Source of the DNA: Patescibacteria group bacterium
Lineage (GTDB): Bacteria; Patescibacteriota; Minisyncoccia; RBG-13-40-8-A
Reading direction: 5' to 3'
Assembly (NCBI GenBank): GCA_018897295.1
Contig: JAHILA010000014.1
Span: 67,891 to 131,890 of the forward strand
Length of the DNA stretch: 64,000 nucleotides
Below, in pieces: positions 19,227 through 28,753 of this stretch (within the stretch, counting starts at the first letter, position 1; the number at the start of each line of letters is the position of its first letter). The position numbers and the translations under genes are program-made. Under the pieces are notes generated by a model. The model worked only from the letters and a program-made list of their open reading frames with translations. It was not told the DNA's origin and did not search any database.

Positions 19227-20387
19227 ATGGAGAGAAAGCGATTAACTTTCTTTATTTTAATAGCAGTTCTAATCGGTATTATTCTTGGAATCCTGCTTTG
19301 GAAAATCCTTAGCCCGAAACTGGGCGAAGGAGTTTTTTATTACCGACTTGATGGGAATAAAGCCAATTTGTTCTTATTAGATAATAAAGGCGAAGGCGAA
19401 AAGATTATTACGGTTGCTGCTCAGGAAGTTGATTTAGGCAAATACAAGCCGCCCCGCCATTCTTTTATTTCGCCGGACAGGCGCCAATTAGTTTATTTTA
19501 AAAAATCAAAGGAAGAGCAGATAGGAGATTTAGGCAACGGCATGATAGCAAGCAGGATTTATTATGATCCGATTCTGGTCAATCTAAAAACCGGAACAGA
19601 AAAGAAAATTGAACAGCCGATTGATTCAACCAGCTTGGTTTTTTCTCCGGATAGCAATAGCATTGCATGGATTAAAGAAATTAAAGATTCAACTTATGAG
19701 GAAATAGAGAAGAACGATACGAAGAGGGAGTTATGGATAAGTATAGCAGACGGTGAAAGTCCGCAACTATTAGCAAAATTTGAGGAAAATGTGCTTTTGT
19801 TAAAGCGCTGGAATGAAGATTATGTCTATTTTCAGGGAATTTTTGATGCGAATATCAAAAGCTTGGGTAGAATAAATATAAAAACCAAGAGAGTAGAATA
19901 TATAATTCCAAAAGGCTGCAATACTAATCTGACCAATTGCCAGAATATAGAATTCTCGCCAAGCGGCAAGATGTTTCTTTACGAGATCTACAGCAAGAAA
20001 AACGATAAGGAAATTACTGAGCTTTATTTGGGCGATTTCGAAAAAAGAGACTATAAACCGGTTTTAACCACAGATAGAATCAGTGACAAAATCTGGCTAG
20101 ATACAGAAAAAGGATTTTTTTACACAGAACAAAAGTCAGGTAAAAACAATGAAATAATTGAGACAATCCACTTGGTTGATTTATACAAGGAAACGGATAA
20201 TGAGATATACTCCGGAAGCTATATCAGCCAACTGGCATTTGACGGTTCCAGTAATTCTTTATACTTTCTTGAGAGGTCAGAAGGAGAAGAGCTGAATATG
20301 TTTAATATTATGAGATTAAATGTAAAAATCAAAGAAGCGGAAAAAATGCTGACCGAAAATTATAACAATATTTTAATCGTGCAGTAA
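19227..20387 (+). CDS. membrane-anchored PD40/TolB-like beta-propeller repeat protein, tentative
   Basis: N-terminal TM; repeated FSPD/FSPSG motifs (FSPDSNSIAW, FSPSGKMFLYEI). Confidence 0.4.
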   Translation: MERKRLTFFILIAVLIGIILGILLWKILSPKLGEGVFYYRLDGNKANLFLLDNKGEGEKIITVAAQEVDLGKYKPPRHSFISPDRRQLVYFKKSKEEQIGDLGNGMIASRIYYDPILVNLKTGTEKKIEQPIDSTSLVFSPDSNSIAWIKEIKDSTYEEIEKNDTKRELWISIADGESPQLLAKFEENVLLLKRWNEDYVYFQGIFDANIKSLGRINIKTKRVEYIIPKGCNTNLTNCQNIEFSPSGKMFLYEIYSKKNDKEITELYLGDFEKRDYKPVLTTDRISDKIWLDTEKGFFYTEQKSGKNNEIIETIHLVDLYKETDNEIYSGSYISQLAFDGSSNSLYFLERSEGEELNMFNIMRLNVKIKEAEKMLTENYNNILIVQ

Positions 20388-21553
20388 TGTTAAAATTCCC
20401 AGAAAATTTTTATTGGGGCACAGCTACATCTGCATATCAAGTGGAAGGAGGGATAAAAAATGATTGGACCTGCCTTGCCGGCAGGCAGGGTGTAGCCGGG
20501 GAAAAATTTGATGCTGGAATTTGTTGCGACCATTACAATCGGTTTGAAGAGGATTTTAATTTAGCAAAAGAGATAAATAATAATGCCCACCGATTTTCAA
20601 TTGAGTGGGCTCGTATTGAACCCGAGAAAGGAAAATTTGACCAAAAAGAAATTGAGCATTACAGAAAAGTAATTTTGGCGCTTAAAGAAAGAGGGCTGGA
20701 GCCGTTTGTGACTTTGTATCATTGGACTCTGCCTGTTTGGTTTGCTGAGAAGGGCGGGCCTGCCTCGCCGAGTCAAGGCGGGTGGTTGAATAAAGACGCA
20801 CCAAAAGATTTTGAAAAATTTGTTGAGAAAATAATATTAGAGTACAAGGATTTAGTTAAGTTTTGGATTACTTTAAATGAGCCGAATGTTTATGTTTCGC
20901 ATTGTTATTTGCGCGGCGACTGGCCGCCATTCGAGAAAAATTACAGCAATTCCCAAAAGGTTTTAAACCAGTTGGTCGAAGCGCATAAATTAGCTTATAA
21001 AAAAATTCACGAAATCTCTCCTCGTGCTATAGTCGGCATAGCTAAGAATAATATTTGGTATCGCGGTATCATAGAATTAGTTTTAAATTATAAATGGAAT
21101 CATTGGTTTTTAAACGAGATTAAGAATTATCAGGATTTTATTGGTTTAAATTTCTATTTTAGTTCTTCTTTTTTAAATTTTATTTTTAAAAACAGGAATG
21201 TTAGTGATCTTGGATGGGGAATTGTGCCAGAAGGGATTTATCACGTTTTAAAAGATTTGAAAAAATACCAGAAACCGATTTACATTACGGAAAACGGCTT
21301 GGCTGATGCCAAGGATGAAAAACGGGCAAAATTCATTATTGAGCATTTAAAATGGGTTCATAAAGCAATTGGAGAAGGAGTTGATGTGCGCGGATATTTC
21401 CATTGGTCGTTATTGGATAATTTTGAGTGGGATAAAGGATTTGAGCCACATTTTGGCTTGATTGAAATTGATTATAAAACTCTTCAACGAATTCCGCGCC
21501 CAAGCAGTAAGGTTTACGCGGGAATTTGTAAGAATAATGGAATAAATTTATGA
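20387..21553 (+). CDS. glycoside hydrolase family 1 beta-glucosidase
   Basis: YQVEGG, TLNEPN (acid/base Glu) and YITENG (nucleophile Glu) GH1 motifs; contains two in-frame GC palindromes. Confidence 0.8.
   Translation: MLKFPENFYWGTATSAYQVEGGIKNDWTCLAGRQGVAGEKFDAGICCDHYNRFEEDFNLAKEINNNAHRFSIEWARIEPEKGKFDQKEIEHYRKVILALKERGLEPFVTLYHWTLPVWFAEKGGPASPSQGGWLNKDAPKDFEKFVEKIILEYKDLVKFWITLNEPNVYVSHCYLRGDWPPFEKNYSNSQKVLNQLVEAHKLAYKKIHEISPRAIVGIAKNNIWYRGIIELVLNYKWNHWFLNEIKNYQDFIGLNFYFSSSFLNFIFKNRNVSDLGWGIVPEGIYHVLKDLKKYQKPIYITENGLADAKDEKRAKFIIEHLKWVHKAIGEGVDVRGYFHWSLLDNFEWDKGFEPHFGLIEIDYKTLQRIPRPSSKVYAGICKNNGINL
20468..20500. repeat. GC palindrome copy (CCTGCCTTGCCGGCAGGCAGG) in frame in the GH1 gene
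   Basis: Encodes CLAGRQGVAGE; CCTGCC/GGCAGG arms. Confidence 0.55.
20752..20785. repeat. GC element copy (GGGCGGGCCTGCCTCGCCGAGTCAAGGCGGGTGG) in frame in the GH1 gene
   Basis: Encodes GGPASPSQGGW; shares GAGTCAAGGCGGG with the copy at 25568. Confidence 0.55.
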
Positions 21554-22434
21554 GTTGGATTTTATTAGTAATTTTAGCCCAGTTTTTCTACGCATTAGTT
21601 TTTATACTTGATAAATATATCCTTTCCAGGTCAATGCCGCACCAAGTGGTTTATTCTTTCTATGTTGGGGTTTTAGGCATATTTGTTTTAGTTTTAATTC
21701 CATTTGGATTTGTAATGCCCAATGGCGCGGAAGTTTTTTGGAGTTTAATTGCTGGAGTTGCGCAGATTAGTGCTTTCCTGTTTTTTTATAAAGCCGTAAA
21801 CAGAGAAGAAATTTCCAGGGTCGTGCCTTTTGTAGGCGCCGCAAGTTCAGTATTTGTTTTGATTTTGAGCTCCTGTATTATAAAAGAATTTCTAACATTT
21901 CAACAGATAATAGCTTTTTTATTATTGGTTTTGGGATGTTTAGTTGTAGGGTTTAGGAAAAAGCATTTTATGGGAAATGGGGTTTTGGGATTATCTATTG
22001 TTTCAGCTTTTTTCTTTGCGCTTTTTTGGGTAATCACTAAGTATTTATTTTTAGGAACCAATTTTGTCAGCGGTCTGATTTGGGTAAGGGTTGGGGTAGC
22101 GTTAATAGCTCTAACTTTATTGTTTTTGAAAAAGAACCGAGAGCTTATATTTTCAGAAACGAAACAGGTTAAATCAAAAACAACAAAATTCTTTATATTA
22201 GGCAGGACTTTAAATGTTGCGGGGAGCTTATTCTTGTATCTGGCAGTATTTTTGGGAAGCGTAACTTTGACAACTGCTTTTCAGGGATTGCAGTATGTTT
22301 TTGTTTTGATTTTGGCTTTATTATTATTGAAGAAGATTCCGGTTTTGAAAGAACAGTTTAATAAAGAGGTTCTTATTCAAAAGATCGTCGCCATCATCTT
22401 TATTTGTATAGGATTAAGTCTTTTGGTAATATAA
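21550..22434 (+). CDS. EamA/DMT-superfamily-like membrane protein
   Basis: About 10 TM helices in two halves, typical of drug/metabolite transporter folds. Confidence 0.45.
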   Translation: MSWILLVILAQFFYALVFILDKYILSRSMPHQVVYSFYVGVLGIFVLVLIPFGFVMPNGAEVFWSLIAGVAQISAFLFFYKAVNREEISRVVPFVGAASSVFVLILSSCIIKEFLTFQQIIAFLLLVLGCLVVGFRKKHFMGNGVLGLSIVSAFFFALFWVITKYLFLGTNFVSGLIWVRVGVALIALTLLFLKKNRELIFSETKQVKSKTTKFFILGRTLNVAGSLFLYLAVFLGSVTLTTAFQGLQYVFVLILALLLLKKIPVLKEQFNKEVLIQKIVAIIFICIGLSLLVI

Positions 22435-22438
22435 TATT

Positions 22439-23632
22439 ATGAGTAAGTCAAGGATTTATTTTGATTATGCTGCCACGACATCATTAGATGCCGGAGTTTT
22501 AAAAAAAATGATGCCGTATTTAACTGATAAATACGGTAATCCATCGTCTATACATAAGTTTGGCCAAGAGGGAGGCAGCGCAATTGATGAAGCCAGGAAA
22601 AAAGTGGCTAAGTTTTTAAACTGCAAGCCATTGGAAATTGTTTTTACGGGCTCTGCATCAGAAAGCGATAATCTTGCGATCAGGGGCTTAATAAAGGCTC
22701 TAAAACGTAAAAAACAAGCAGGGGAGAGAATTCATATTATTATTTCAAAAATAGAGCACAAAGCAGTGCTGGAAACCTGCAGGGATTTGGAAAAAGAAGG
22801 AATCAGGATAACTTATCTGCCAGTAGGGCCGGATGGTTTGATAAATTTGGATGACCTTAGGGCTGAGATTACTCCTGAAACTGATTTAGTTTCAATAATG
22901 TACGCGAATAATGAGGTTGGTTCTGTGCAGCCAATTAAGAAAATCGGAAAAATTATTGGCGAAACTAACAAAAACGAAGAGCATCCGACTTATTTCCACG
23001 TTGACGCGGTTCAGGCAGCGAATTGGCTGGACTGCAGAGTTGATGATTTGAAAGTTGATTTGTTAACACTTTCAGCCCATAAGATTTACGGGCCAAAAGG
23101 AGTCGGGATTCTCTATATTAAAGAGGGTACGCCGATTGCGTCGTTAATTACTGGCGGGAGCCATGAATGGAAATTGAGGGCAGGGACGGAAAACGTTGCC
23201 GGTATTGTTGGTATGGGGGAGGCGATTGCAAAAATCAGAAATACGAAAGCCGAAATTCGAAAAATGGAAATATTAAGGAATAAATTAGTAGACGGTGTTC
23301 TAGAAAACGTCCAAGGCAGCAAGGTTAATGGCTCGAAACGACCAGAAGAAAGATTGCCGAACATCGTTAATTTTAGTTTTTTGGGAGTTGAAGGGGAAAG
23401 CCTGGTTATTGCTTTGGACCAAGAAGGGATTGCTGTTTCAACCGGCTCGGCCTGCACTTCAACTACCTTGTTGCCTTCGCACGTTTTAATCGCGATGGGA
23501 TTGCCCGAATTAGACGCGCATTCTAGTTTGAGAGTGAGTATGGGGAAATATACAACAATTAAAGAAATTGATTATTTTATAAAAATTTTGCCAAAGGTAG
23601 TCGAAAAACTAAGAAAAATTTCCGGCCGCTAA
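22439..23632 (+). CDS. iscS: cysteine desulfurase (IscS/NifS, class V aminotransferase)
   Basis: SAHKIYGPKGVGILY PLP-lysine motif and STGSACTS active-site Cys loop. Confidence 0.85.
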   Translation: MSKSRIYFDYAATTSLDAGVLKKMMPYLTDKYGNPSSIHKFGQEGGSAIDEARKKVAKFLNCKPLEIVFTGSASESDNLAIRGLIKALKRKKQAGERIHIIISKIEHKAVLETCRDLEKEGIRITYLPVGPDGLINLDDLRAEITPETDLVSIMYANNEVGSVQPIKKIGKIIGETNKNEEHPTYFHVDAVQAANWLDCRVDDLKVDLLTLSAHKIYGPKGVGILYIKEGTPIASLITGGSHEWKLRAGTENVAGIVGMGEAIAKIRNTKAEIRKMEILRNKLVDGVLENVQGSKVNGSKRPEERLPNIVNFSFLGVEGESLVIALDQEGIAVSTGSACTSTTLLPSHVLIAMGLPELDAHSSLRVSMGKYTTIKEIDYFIKILPKVVEKLRKISGR

Positions 23633-23636
23633 ATTT

Positions 23637-24005
23637 ATGGCTATTTATAACAAACAAATAATGCAGCATTTTACTAATCCCAAGTTTTTTGGTAAAATTA
23701 ATAATCCGGACGTGATTGGAAAAGCAGGTAATCCGCGCTGCGGAGATTTACTGACTTTATATTTAAAAATTGACGAAAAAAGCAGGAGAATAAAAGGTAT
23801 TAAATTCGAAACATTGGGCTGCGCCTCAGCCATTGCTTCTTCAGATATGATTTGTAAGCTGGCAAAAGGCAAGACATTAGAGCAGGCATTAAAAATCGGT
23901 TTTCAGGATGTTTCTGATGAATTGGGAACATTACCTCCATTAAAAATTCATTGTGCTCAGTTAGTCACTGAGGCATTAAAAGATGCGATTAATAAATACA
24001 AGTAA
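23637..24005 (+). CDS. IscU/NifU-type Fe-S cluster scaffold
   Basis: Three conserved Cys (GNPRCGD, GCASAIASS, HCAQL) in a NifU N-domain arrangement. Confidence 0.8.
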   Translation: MAIYNKQIMQHFTNPKFFGKINNPDVIGKAGNPRCGDLLTLYLKIDEKSRRIKGIKFETLGCASAIASSDMICKLAKGKTLEQALKIGFQDVSDELGTLPPLKIHCAQLVTEALKDAINKYK

Positions 24006-24011
24006 TAAAAT

Positions 24012-24935
24012 ATGAAAAAACTTTTAATTCCAATAATTATAATTCTGATTGTTTTGGGTATTGCTCAGGTGCTTTACAGCCAAAAAGGGATATCTTCAAA
24101 AGAGGCCGGAGAGATAGTTATAGATTATATCGATAAAGTATTAGAAGGCCAGGCTACTGCAACATTAGTCGGAGACGTGGTAAAGGAAAATGGGGTGTAC
24201 AAATTAGAACTTAAAGTCGGAGAACAAGAAATGACTTCATATATTTCTCTTGATGGAAAATTAATATTTCCAAGCGGCATAGCAATTACAGAAGACACAA
24301 CTGCCAGTAGCGATGCCAATAGCGATATTCCAAAACAAGACAAAACAAACGCTGATTTATTTGTAATGAGTTTTTGTCCTTATGGCAATCAGGCAGAAGA
24401 AATAATGATAGAGGTCGTTGATTTATTAAAGGATAAGGCGGATATTGAATTGCATTATGTGATTTACGAAAATTACCAAGGCGGCGGCTCTGATTACTGT
24501 GTAGCTAATGGCAAATATTGCTCAATGCATGGGATACAGGAATTAAATCAAGGTATTCGAGAATTATGCGTGCAGAAATATCAAAAAGAAAAATTCTGGG
24601 ATTTTGTAAAGCAAATAAATGCTTCTTGCAATTATCAAGATGTTGATGCTTGCTGGGAAAAAATTGCCAAGAATTCCGGAGTTGATGTTAATAATGTGAA
24701 GACCTGTTTTGCAGAGGAAAAAATTTCTTTATTAGAGAATGAAGTTGAATTAGGAAAGAAATACGACATCAGCGGTTCGCCTCAGCTTATAATTAATGAC
24801 AAGGAATTTACAGGAACAAGAAGCGCAGAAGGGTATAAATCTGCTATTTGCGCAGGATTTAGCACTGCGCCATCAGAATGTTCCACGAGCTTAGGAACTG
24901 ATTCTGGTACAACTTCAACTGGCGGATGCGAATAA
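24012..24935 (+). CDS. secreted Cys-rich protein with a possible thioredoxin/DsbA-like fold
   Basis: Signal/anchor N-terminus; FVMSFCPYGNQ resembles a degenerate CPYC thioredoxin-fold motif; Cys-rich C-terminus. Confidence 0.35.
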   Translation: MKKLLIPIIIILIVLGIAQVLYSQKGISSKEAGEIVIDYIDKVLEGQATATLVGDVVKENGVYKLELKVGEQEMTSYISLDGKLIFPSGIAITEDTTASSDANSDIPKQDKTNADLFVMSFCPYGNQAEEIMIEVVDLLKDKADIELHYVIYENYQGGGSDYCVANGKYCSMHGIQELNQGIRELCVQKYQKEKFWDFVKQINASCNYQDVDACWEKIAKNSGVDVNNVKTCFAEEKISLLENEVELGKKYDISGSPQLIINDKEFTGTRSAEGYKSAICAGFSTAPSECSTSLGTDSGTTSTGGCE

Positions 24936-24942
24936 CCAAGAT

Positions 24943-25848
24943 ATGAAAGAAGCATTACTTTACAAAAAATTAGGTGGCAGTAAAGTTCAATGCAATGCGT
25001 GCAATCACAGATGCGTTATATTGGATAAAAAGCGCGGAATCTGCGGAGTGCGTGAAAATCAAAACGGAAAATTATATAGTTTGGTCTACGGCAAAATAAT
25101 TGCCGAACATATTGACCCGATTGAGAAAAAGCCCCTGTATCATTTTTTGCCAGGGACTTTTTCTTTGTCTTTTGCCACGGCTGGCTGTAATTTTCGCTGC
25201 TTGCATTGCCAAAATGCGGATATATCCCAGCTTGGTCCAGACCGCGGTCCCGATCCAAGTCAGGACTATGGTCGGGACAAAACCCCAGAACAGATTGTTC
25301 AAGACGCCTTAGATGGCAAATGCCCGAGCATTTCTTATACTTATACCGAACCAACTGTTTTTGTGGAATTTGCTTTGGATTGCATGAAATTAGCGCATAA
25401 AAAGGGATTAAAAAACATCTGGGTTTCTAATGGATATATGACTAAAGAATGTTTGGACTTAGTTGGTCCTTATTTGGATGCAATTAATATTGATTTGAAA
25501 GGATTTACAGAAAAATTTTATCAGGAAATTTGTGGAGCGCGGCTTAAGCCGGTTTTAGAAAATTTGACCCGTCTCGCGTCGACGAGCTTCGCGAGTCAAG
25601 GCGGGAAAGTCCATTTGGAAATTACAACTCTGATAATTTCTGGCAAGAATGATTCAGAAAAAGAACTAAAAAACATTGCCGAATTTATTAAAAAAGAATT
25701 AGGAGATGAAATTCCTTGGCACGTTTCGCGCTTTTTCCCGCAATATAAATTGTCGGATATCCCATCTACGCCAGTTGAAAAAATTCATCAAGCAGTTGAA
25801 ATCGGCAAAAGGGTTGGTTTAAGATATGTTTATCCGGGAAATGTGTAG
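24943..25848 (+). CDS. AmmeMemoRadiSam-system-type radical SAM enzyme
   Basis: N-terminal C-x2-C-x-H-x-C then CNFRCLHCQN radical SAM motif; two GC-rich in-frame insertions. Confidence 0.75.
   Translation: MKEALLYKKLGGSKVQCNACNHRCVILDKKRGICGVRENQNGKLYSLVYGKIIAEHIDPIEKKPLYHFLPGTFSLSFATAGCNFRCLHCQNADISQLGPDRGPDPSQDYGRDKTPEQIVQDALDGKCPSISYTYTEPTVFVEFALDCMKLAHKKGLKNIWVSNGYMTKECLDLVGPYLDAINIDLKGFTEKFYQEICGARLKPVLENLTRLASTSFASQGGKVHLEITTLIISGKNDSEKELKNIAEFIKKELGDEIPWHVSRFFPQYKLSDIPSTPVEKIHQAVEIGKRVGLRYVYPGNV
25228..25278. repeat. GC-rich hairpin-forming insertion (GTCCCGA...TCGGGAC) in the radical SAM gene
   Basis: Encodes QLGPDRGPDPSQDYGRD right after the CxxxCxxC motif, where relatives have no such segment; produces antisense ORF artefacts. 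Confidence 0.45.
25568..25612. repeat. GC element copy (CTCGCGTCGACGAGCTTCGCGAGTCAAGGCGGG) in the radical SAM gene
   Basis: Encodes RLASTSFASQGGK; shares GAGTCAAGGCGGG with the copy at 20752. Confidence 0.55.
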
Positions 25849-25878
25849 TATTTTATTTTTGTGATATAATAAAAATGT

Positions 25879-26331
25879 ATGGGGAAAATAATCTTAATCT
25901 TAATAATTTTAGGTGTAGTAATTCCTATTTATCTTTTGGCTGTCCAGCCTCGCGTTGCGCGAGTCGAGGCAGGGTTTCCAAATGATCTACCAGGGCCCAA
26001 AATATCGGCTGACAGTAAATTTTATTTTTTGAAAATCTGGTGGGAGAAGATTGTTATATTTTTCACTTTTGGCGCTGAAAACCGGGCGGAAAGATACAAG
26101 GTGTTTGCGGAAAAGAGAGTTATAGAAGCCAAAGAAATGCTTTTAAAGGGAAATACGGAATTAGCCGAGAAGTTGAATGGTGTTTATCAGTCTTATTTGA
26201 ACAAAGCCAAAGATGCGCTAAACAATGCGATTCAAAAAGCGATAGAAAAGCAAAAAGAAAATTTGAAGCAAGCATTAGAGGAAAAACTTGATGAGATAAT
26301 GCAAAAAATTAAGGACTCACTAAGTATATAA
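25879..26331 (+). CDS. membrane-anchored coiled-coil protein, unknown function
   Basis: N-terminal TM, then a K/E-rich helical C-terminus; carries a GC palindrome at 25945-25975. Confidence 0.4.
   Translation: MGKIILILIILGVVIPIYLLAVQPRVARVEAGFPNDLPGPKISADSKFYFLKIWWEKIVIFFTFGAENRAERYKVFAEKRVIEAKEMLLKGNTELAEKLNGVYQSYLNKAKDALNNAIQKAIEKQKENLKQALEEKLDEIMQKIKDSLSI
25945..25975. repeat. GC palindrome copy (CCTCGCG-TTG-CGCGAGTCGAGGCAGGG)
   Basis: Perfect CTCGCG/CGCGAG arms; encodes QPRVARVEAG. Confidence 0.5.
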
Positions 26332-26335
26332 TTTT

Positions 26336-26563
26336 ATGGTAAGAGTATTTTCAACTCCGAGCTGCCCATATTGCGTGGCTCTCAAGGGTTATTTAAAAGA
26401 ACGCAATATAGAATTTCAAGATATTGATGTTTCGCAGGATTTGGAAGCCCAGAAGGAAATGATTGAAAAGTCAGGGCAATACGGGGTGCCTGTCATAGAT
26501 ATTAATGGGGAAATTATTATAGGATTTAATCAAGAACGCATTAAGCAATTATTAAAATTATGA
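26336..26563 (+). CDS. glutaredoxin-like protein (NrdH/YruB-like)
   Basis: 75 aa with CPYC active site; thioredoxin fold length. Confidence 0.75.
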   Translation: MVRVFSTPSCPYCVALKGYLKERNIEFQDIDVSQDLEAQKEMIEKSGQYGVPVIDINGEIIIGFNQERIKQLLKL

Positions 26564-27471
26564 TATACGATTTAATTATTATTGGTGGAGGGCCGGCTGG
26601 AATAACTGCCGGGATTTATGCTGCTAGGAAAAAATTAAAAACTCTTTTAATTACCAAGGAATGGGGCGGCCAGATAGTTAAAGCTAATGAAATCGAAAAT
26701 TGGCCCGGAACGAAAATTATTTCAGGTACAGAGTTGATTAAACAGATGACAGAACATCTTAAAGAATTCGAAATTGAAATAAAACAGGATAAAGAAGTGA
26801 TTAATCTGGATAAAAAGGGCGACAATTTTTTAGTAAGAGACAATGAACTGGAATATGAAGCGAGAACAGTCATTATTGCTACTGGCAAGATTCCGCGAAT
26901 GTTAAATGTTTCAGGCGAAGAAGAATTTAAAGGAAAGGGGGTGAGTATTTGCGCAACCTGCGATGCGCCGATGTTTAAAAATAAGGATGTGGCAGTTGTT
27001 GGCGGAGGAAATTCCAGCTTTAGCACAGCGTTGGATTTGGTAAAATATGCCAAAAAAGTTTATATCTTGGAATTTTTTGAAGAAATGAAAGGAGACCCGA
27101 CTACCAAGGAAAAATTAGCCAATACAGGAAAAGTAGAATTTATTACAAATGTAGCAATAAAAGAGATTAAAGGAACAAAATTTGTAGATAGCTTGGTTTA
27201 TGAGGATAGAAAAACAAGTAAGGATAATGAAATAAAAGTACAAGGAGTATTTATTTCTGTTGGCATGGAAGCAAAGGTTGGGTTTGCTGAAAAATTAGTG
27301 GAGTTGAATAAAATAGGGGAGATTGTAATTGATAAAAATAATTATACAAAAACACCGGGATTGTTCGCAGCAGGAGATATTACTGATATTAAATACGAGC
27401 AGATTGTAATTGCCTGCGGCGAAGGCGCAAAAGCAGTTTTAGCAGTCACAGATTATTTAGAAAAAAAATAA
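26560..27471 (+). CDS. trxB: thioredoxin reductase
   Basis: GGGPAGITAGIYAAR FAD motif, CATCD redox-active disulfide, GGGNSS NADPH motif. Confidence 0.8.
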   Translation: MIYDLIIIGGGPAGITAGIYAARKKLKTLLITKEWGGQIVKANEIENWPGTKIISGTELIKQMTEHLKEFEIEIKQDKEVINLDKKGDNFLVRDNELEYEARTVIIATGKIPRMLNVSGEEEFKGKGVSICATCDAPMFKNKDVAVVGGGNSSFSTALDLVKYAKKVYILEFFEEMKGDPTTKEKLANTGKVEFITNVAIKEIKGTKFVDSLVYEDRKTSKDNEIKVQGVFISVGMEAKVGFAEKLVELNKIGEIVIDKNNYTKTPGLFAAGDITDIKYEQIVIACGEGAKAVLAVTDYLEKK

Positions 27472-27584
27472 TCCCTTTGATTTTCTATTATCAACTCGTC
27501 ATTGACGGGTTTTTATTATAGGATTATGCTTTAAATACAATAATTAAGGAGGATCGCTCTTTAAAATTCAACAGAGGAGGAAAT

Positions 27585-28058
27585 ATGAAAAAAAGACCGA
27601 GCTGGGATGAAACTTTTATGGCGATGGCTGAGAATATTGCCGATAGATCGGCATGTATTCTCTATCAGGTTGGCGCAGTTTTTGCCAAGGAGAAACAATT
27701 TTTACAAGTAGGATTTAATGGTCCTACCAGAGGGGGAGATAATCATTGTAGTGAAATTGGCTGCGCTAAAAAGGTTAATGATGTGATAATGCCTTCTGGT
27801 TCAAAAAAATGTAGGGGAGCTCATGCTGAGATGAATGGCATTGTGAATGCTGCCAGAAATGGAGTGGGTCTTGAAGGTTCAACTGTTTATTGTACTTTGT
27901 CTCCTTGTTACGATTGTGCCAAACACCTTGTGAATCTTGGAATTAAGAGATTCGTTTACAAAATCAAATATGAGGAGGAATGGCCGCAAGTCAGTAAACT
28001 TTTTCAAGAAAAGAAAATCAAATTGGAAAAATTTCAGAGAGGAGGAAAAAATGATTGA
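27585..28058 (+). CDS. dCMP deaminase (cytidine/deoxycytidylate deaminase family)
   Basis: HAEMNGIVNAA and SPCYDCAKHL zinc-binding motifs; strong SD AGGAGG upstream. Confidence 0.8.
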   Translation: MKKRPSWDETFMAMAENIADRSACILYQVGAVFAKEKQFLQVGFNGPTRGGDNHCSEIGCAKKVNDVIMPSGSKKCRGAHAEMNGIVNAARNGVGLEGSTVYCTLSPCYDCAKHLVNLGIKRFVYKIKYEEEWPQVSKLFQEKKIKLEKFQRGGKND

Positions 28059-28746
28059 CAGATGGAAGTATTTAAGAAAGGGTTTATTCAGGAGTGTAGA
28101 ACCGTTAGTCGAGTTGGTGGCTATCTCTAAGCCGGTTGGAAGGTTTGTTGATTTGTGCATTACCGAAACCCTGCCTGGTTTTACTGCTCGGGTAAGTCAT
28201 GAATCCAAAGGAACCCAGGATGATGATCTGCGGTTGAATCGGGATTTGATCAAAAAGAGGCATCATACGCCTTTGGAATCCGTTTGTTTCACGTTTCTTG
28301 TTTCCGGCATTACGAAAAGCCTTCAGAACCAATGGGTAAGACATCGCATCGGCGTGGGATGGACGTACCGGAGTACAAGATTTGTCCCGGCTAGCGAGAA
28401 CAATTTCATCTACTGTACTTACGACTACGTCAATGATGAACAAAAAGTACGGAAACTCCTGGCAATCGACGAAGAAAAAGCGAAGAAAGCAATTGAAGAT
28501 TACGAAGAAAAACGGAGACTCGGCGCGACCAAGCAAGACAGCAGAAAAATTATGCCAGTTTTCTGGAATACGCCATGCTATTTCTACTGCAATGTCTGTT
28601 CTCTGCGATATTTCTTCAATCTGCGCCTTGCCAAAGATGCGGAATGGGAAATCCGCAGAATGGCCAAGTTAATGTTTGAAATCGTCATCAAGGAAGTTCC
28701 TTCTCTTTTTGAAGATTTCATTGAATTAGCCAGAAAGGAGGACTGA
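28051..28746 (+). CDS. thyX: flavin-dependent thymidylate synthase ThyX
   Basis: RHRIGVGWTYRSTRF matches the ThyX RHR-x7-8-S motif; start chosen at the ATG preceded by GAGGAGGAAAAA rather than the ORF-track 27937 start. Confidence 0.8.
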   Translation: MIDRWKYLRKGLFRSVEPLVELVAISKPVGRFVDLCITETLPGFTARVSHESKGTQDDDLRLNRDLIKKRHHTPLESVCFTFLVSGITKSLQNQWVRHRIGVGWTYRSTRFVPASENNFIYCTYDYVNDEQKVRKLLAIDEEKAKKAIEDYEEKRRLGATKQDSRKIMPVFWNTPCYFYCNVCSLRYFFNLRLAKDAEWEIRRMAKLMFEIVIKEVPSLFEDFIELARKED

Positions 28747-28753
28747 ATTTTAA

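Noticed and set aside
27937-28746. ORF-track start of the thyX ORF at 27937, which overlaps the dCMP deaminase gene by 120 nt
   Set aside because: The N-terminal 38 codons lie inside the deaminase gene in another frame. The ATG at 28051 has a GAGGAGG SD and gives a normal-length ThyX.
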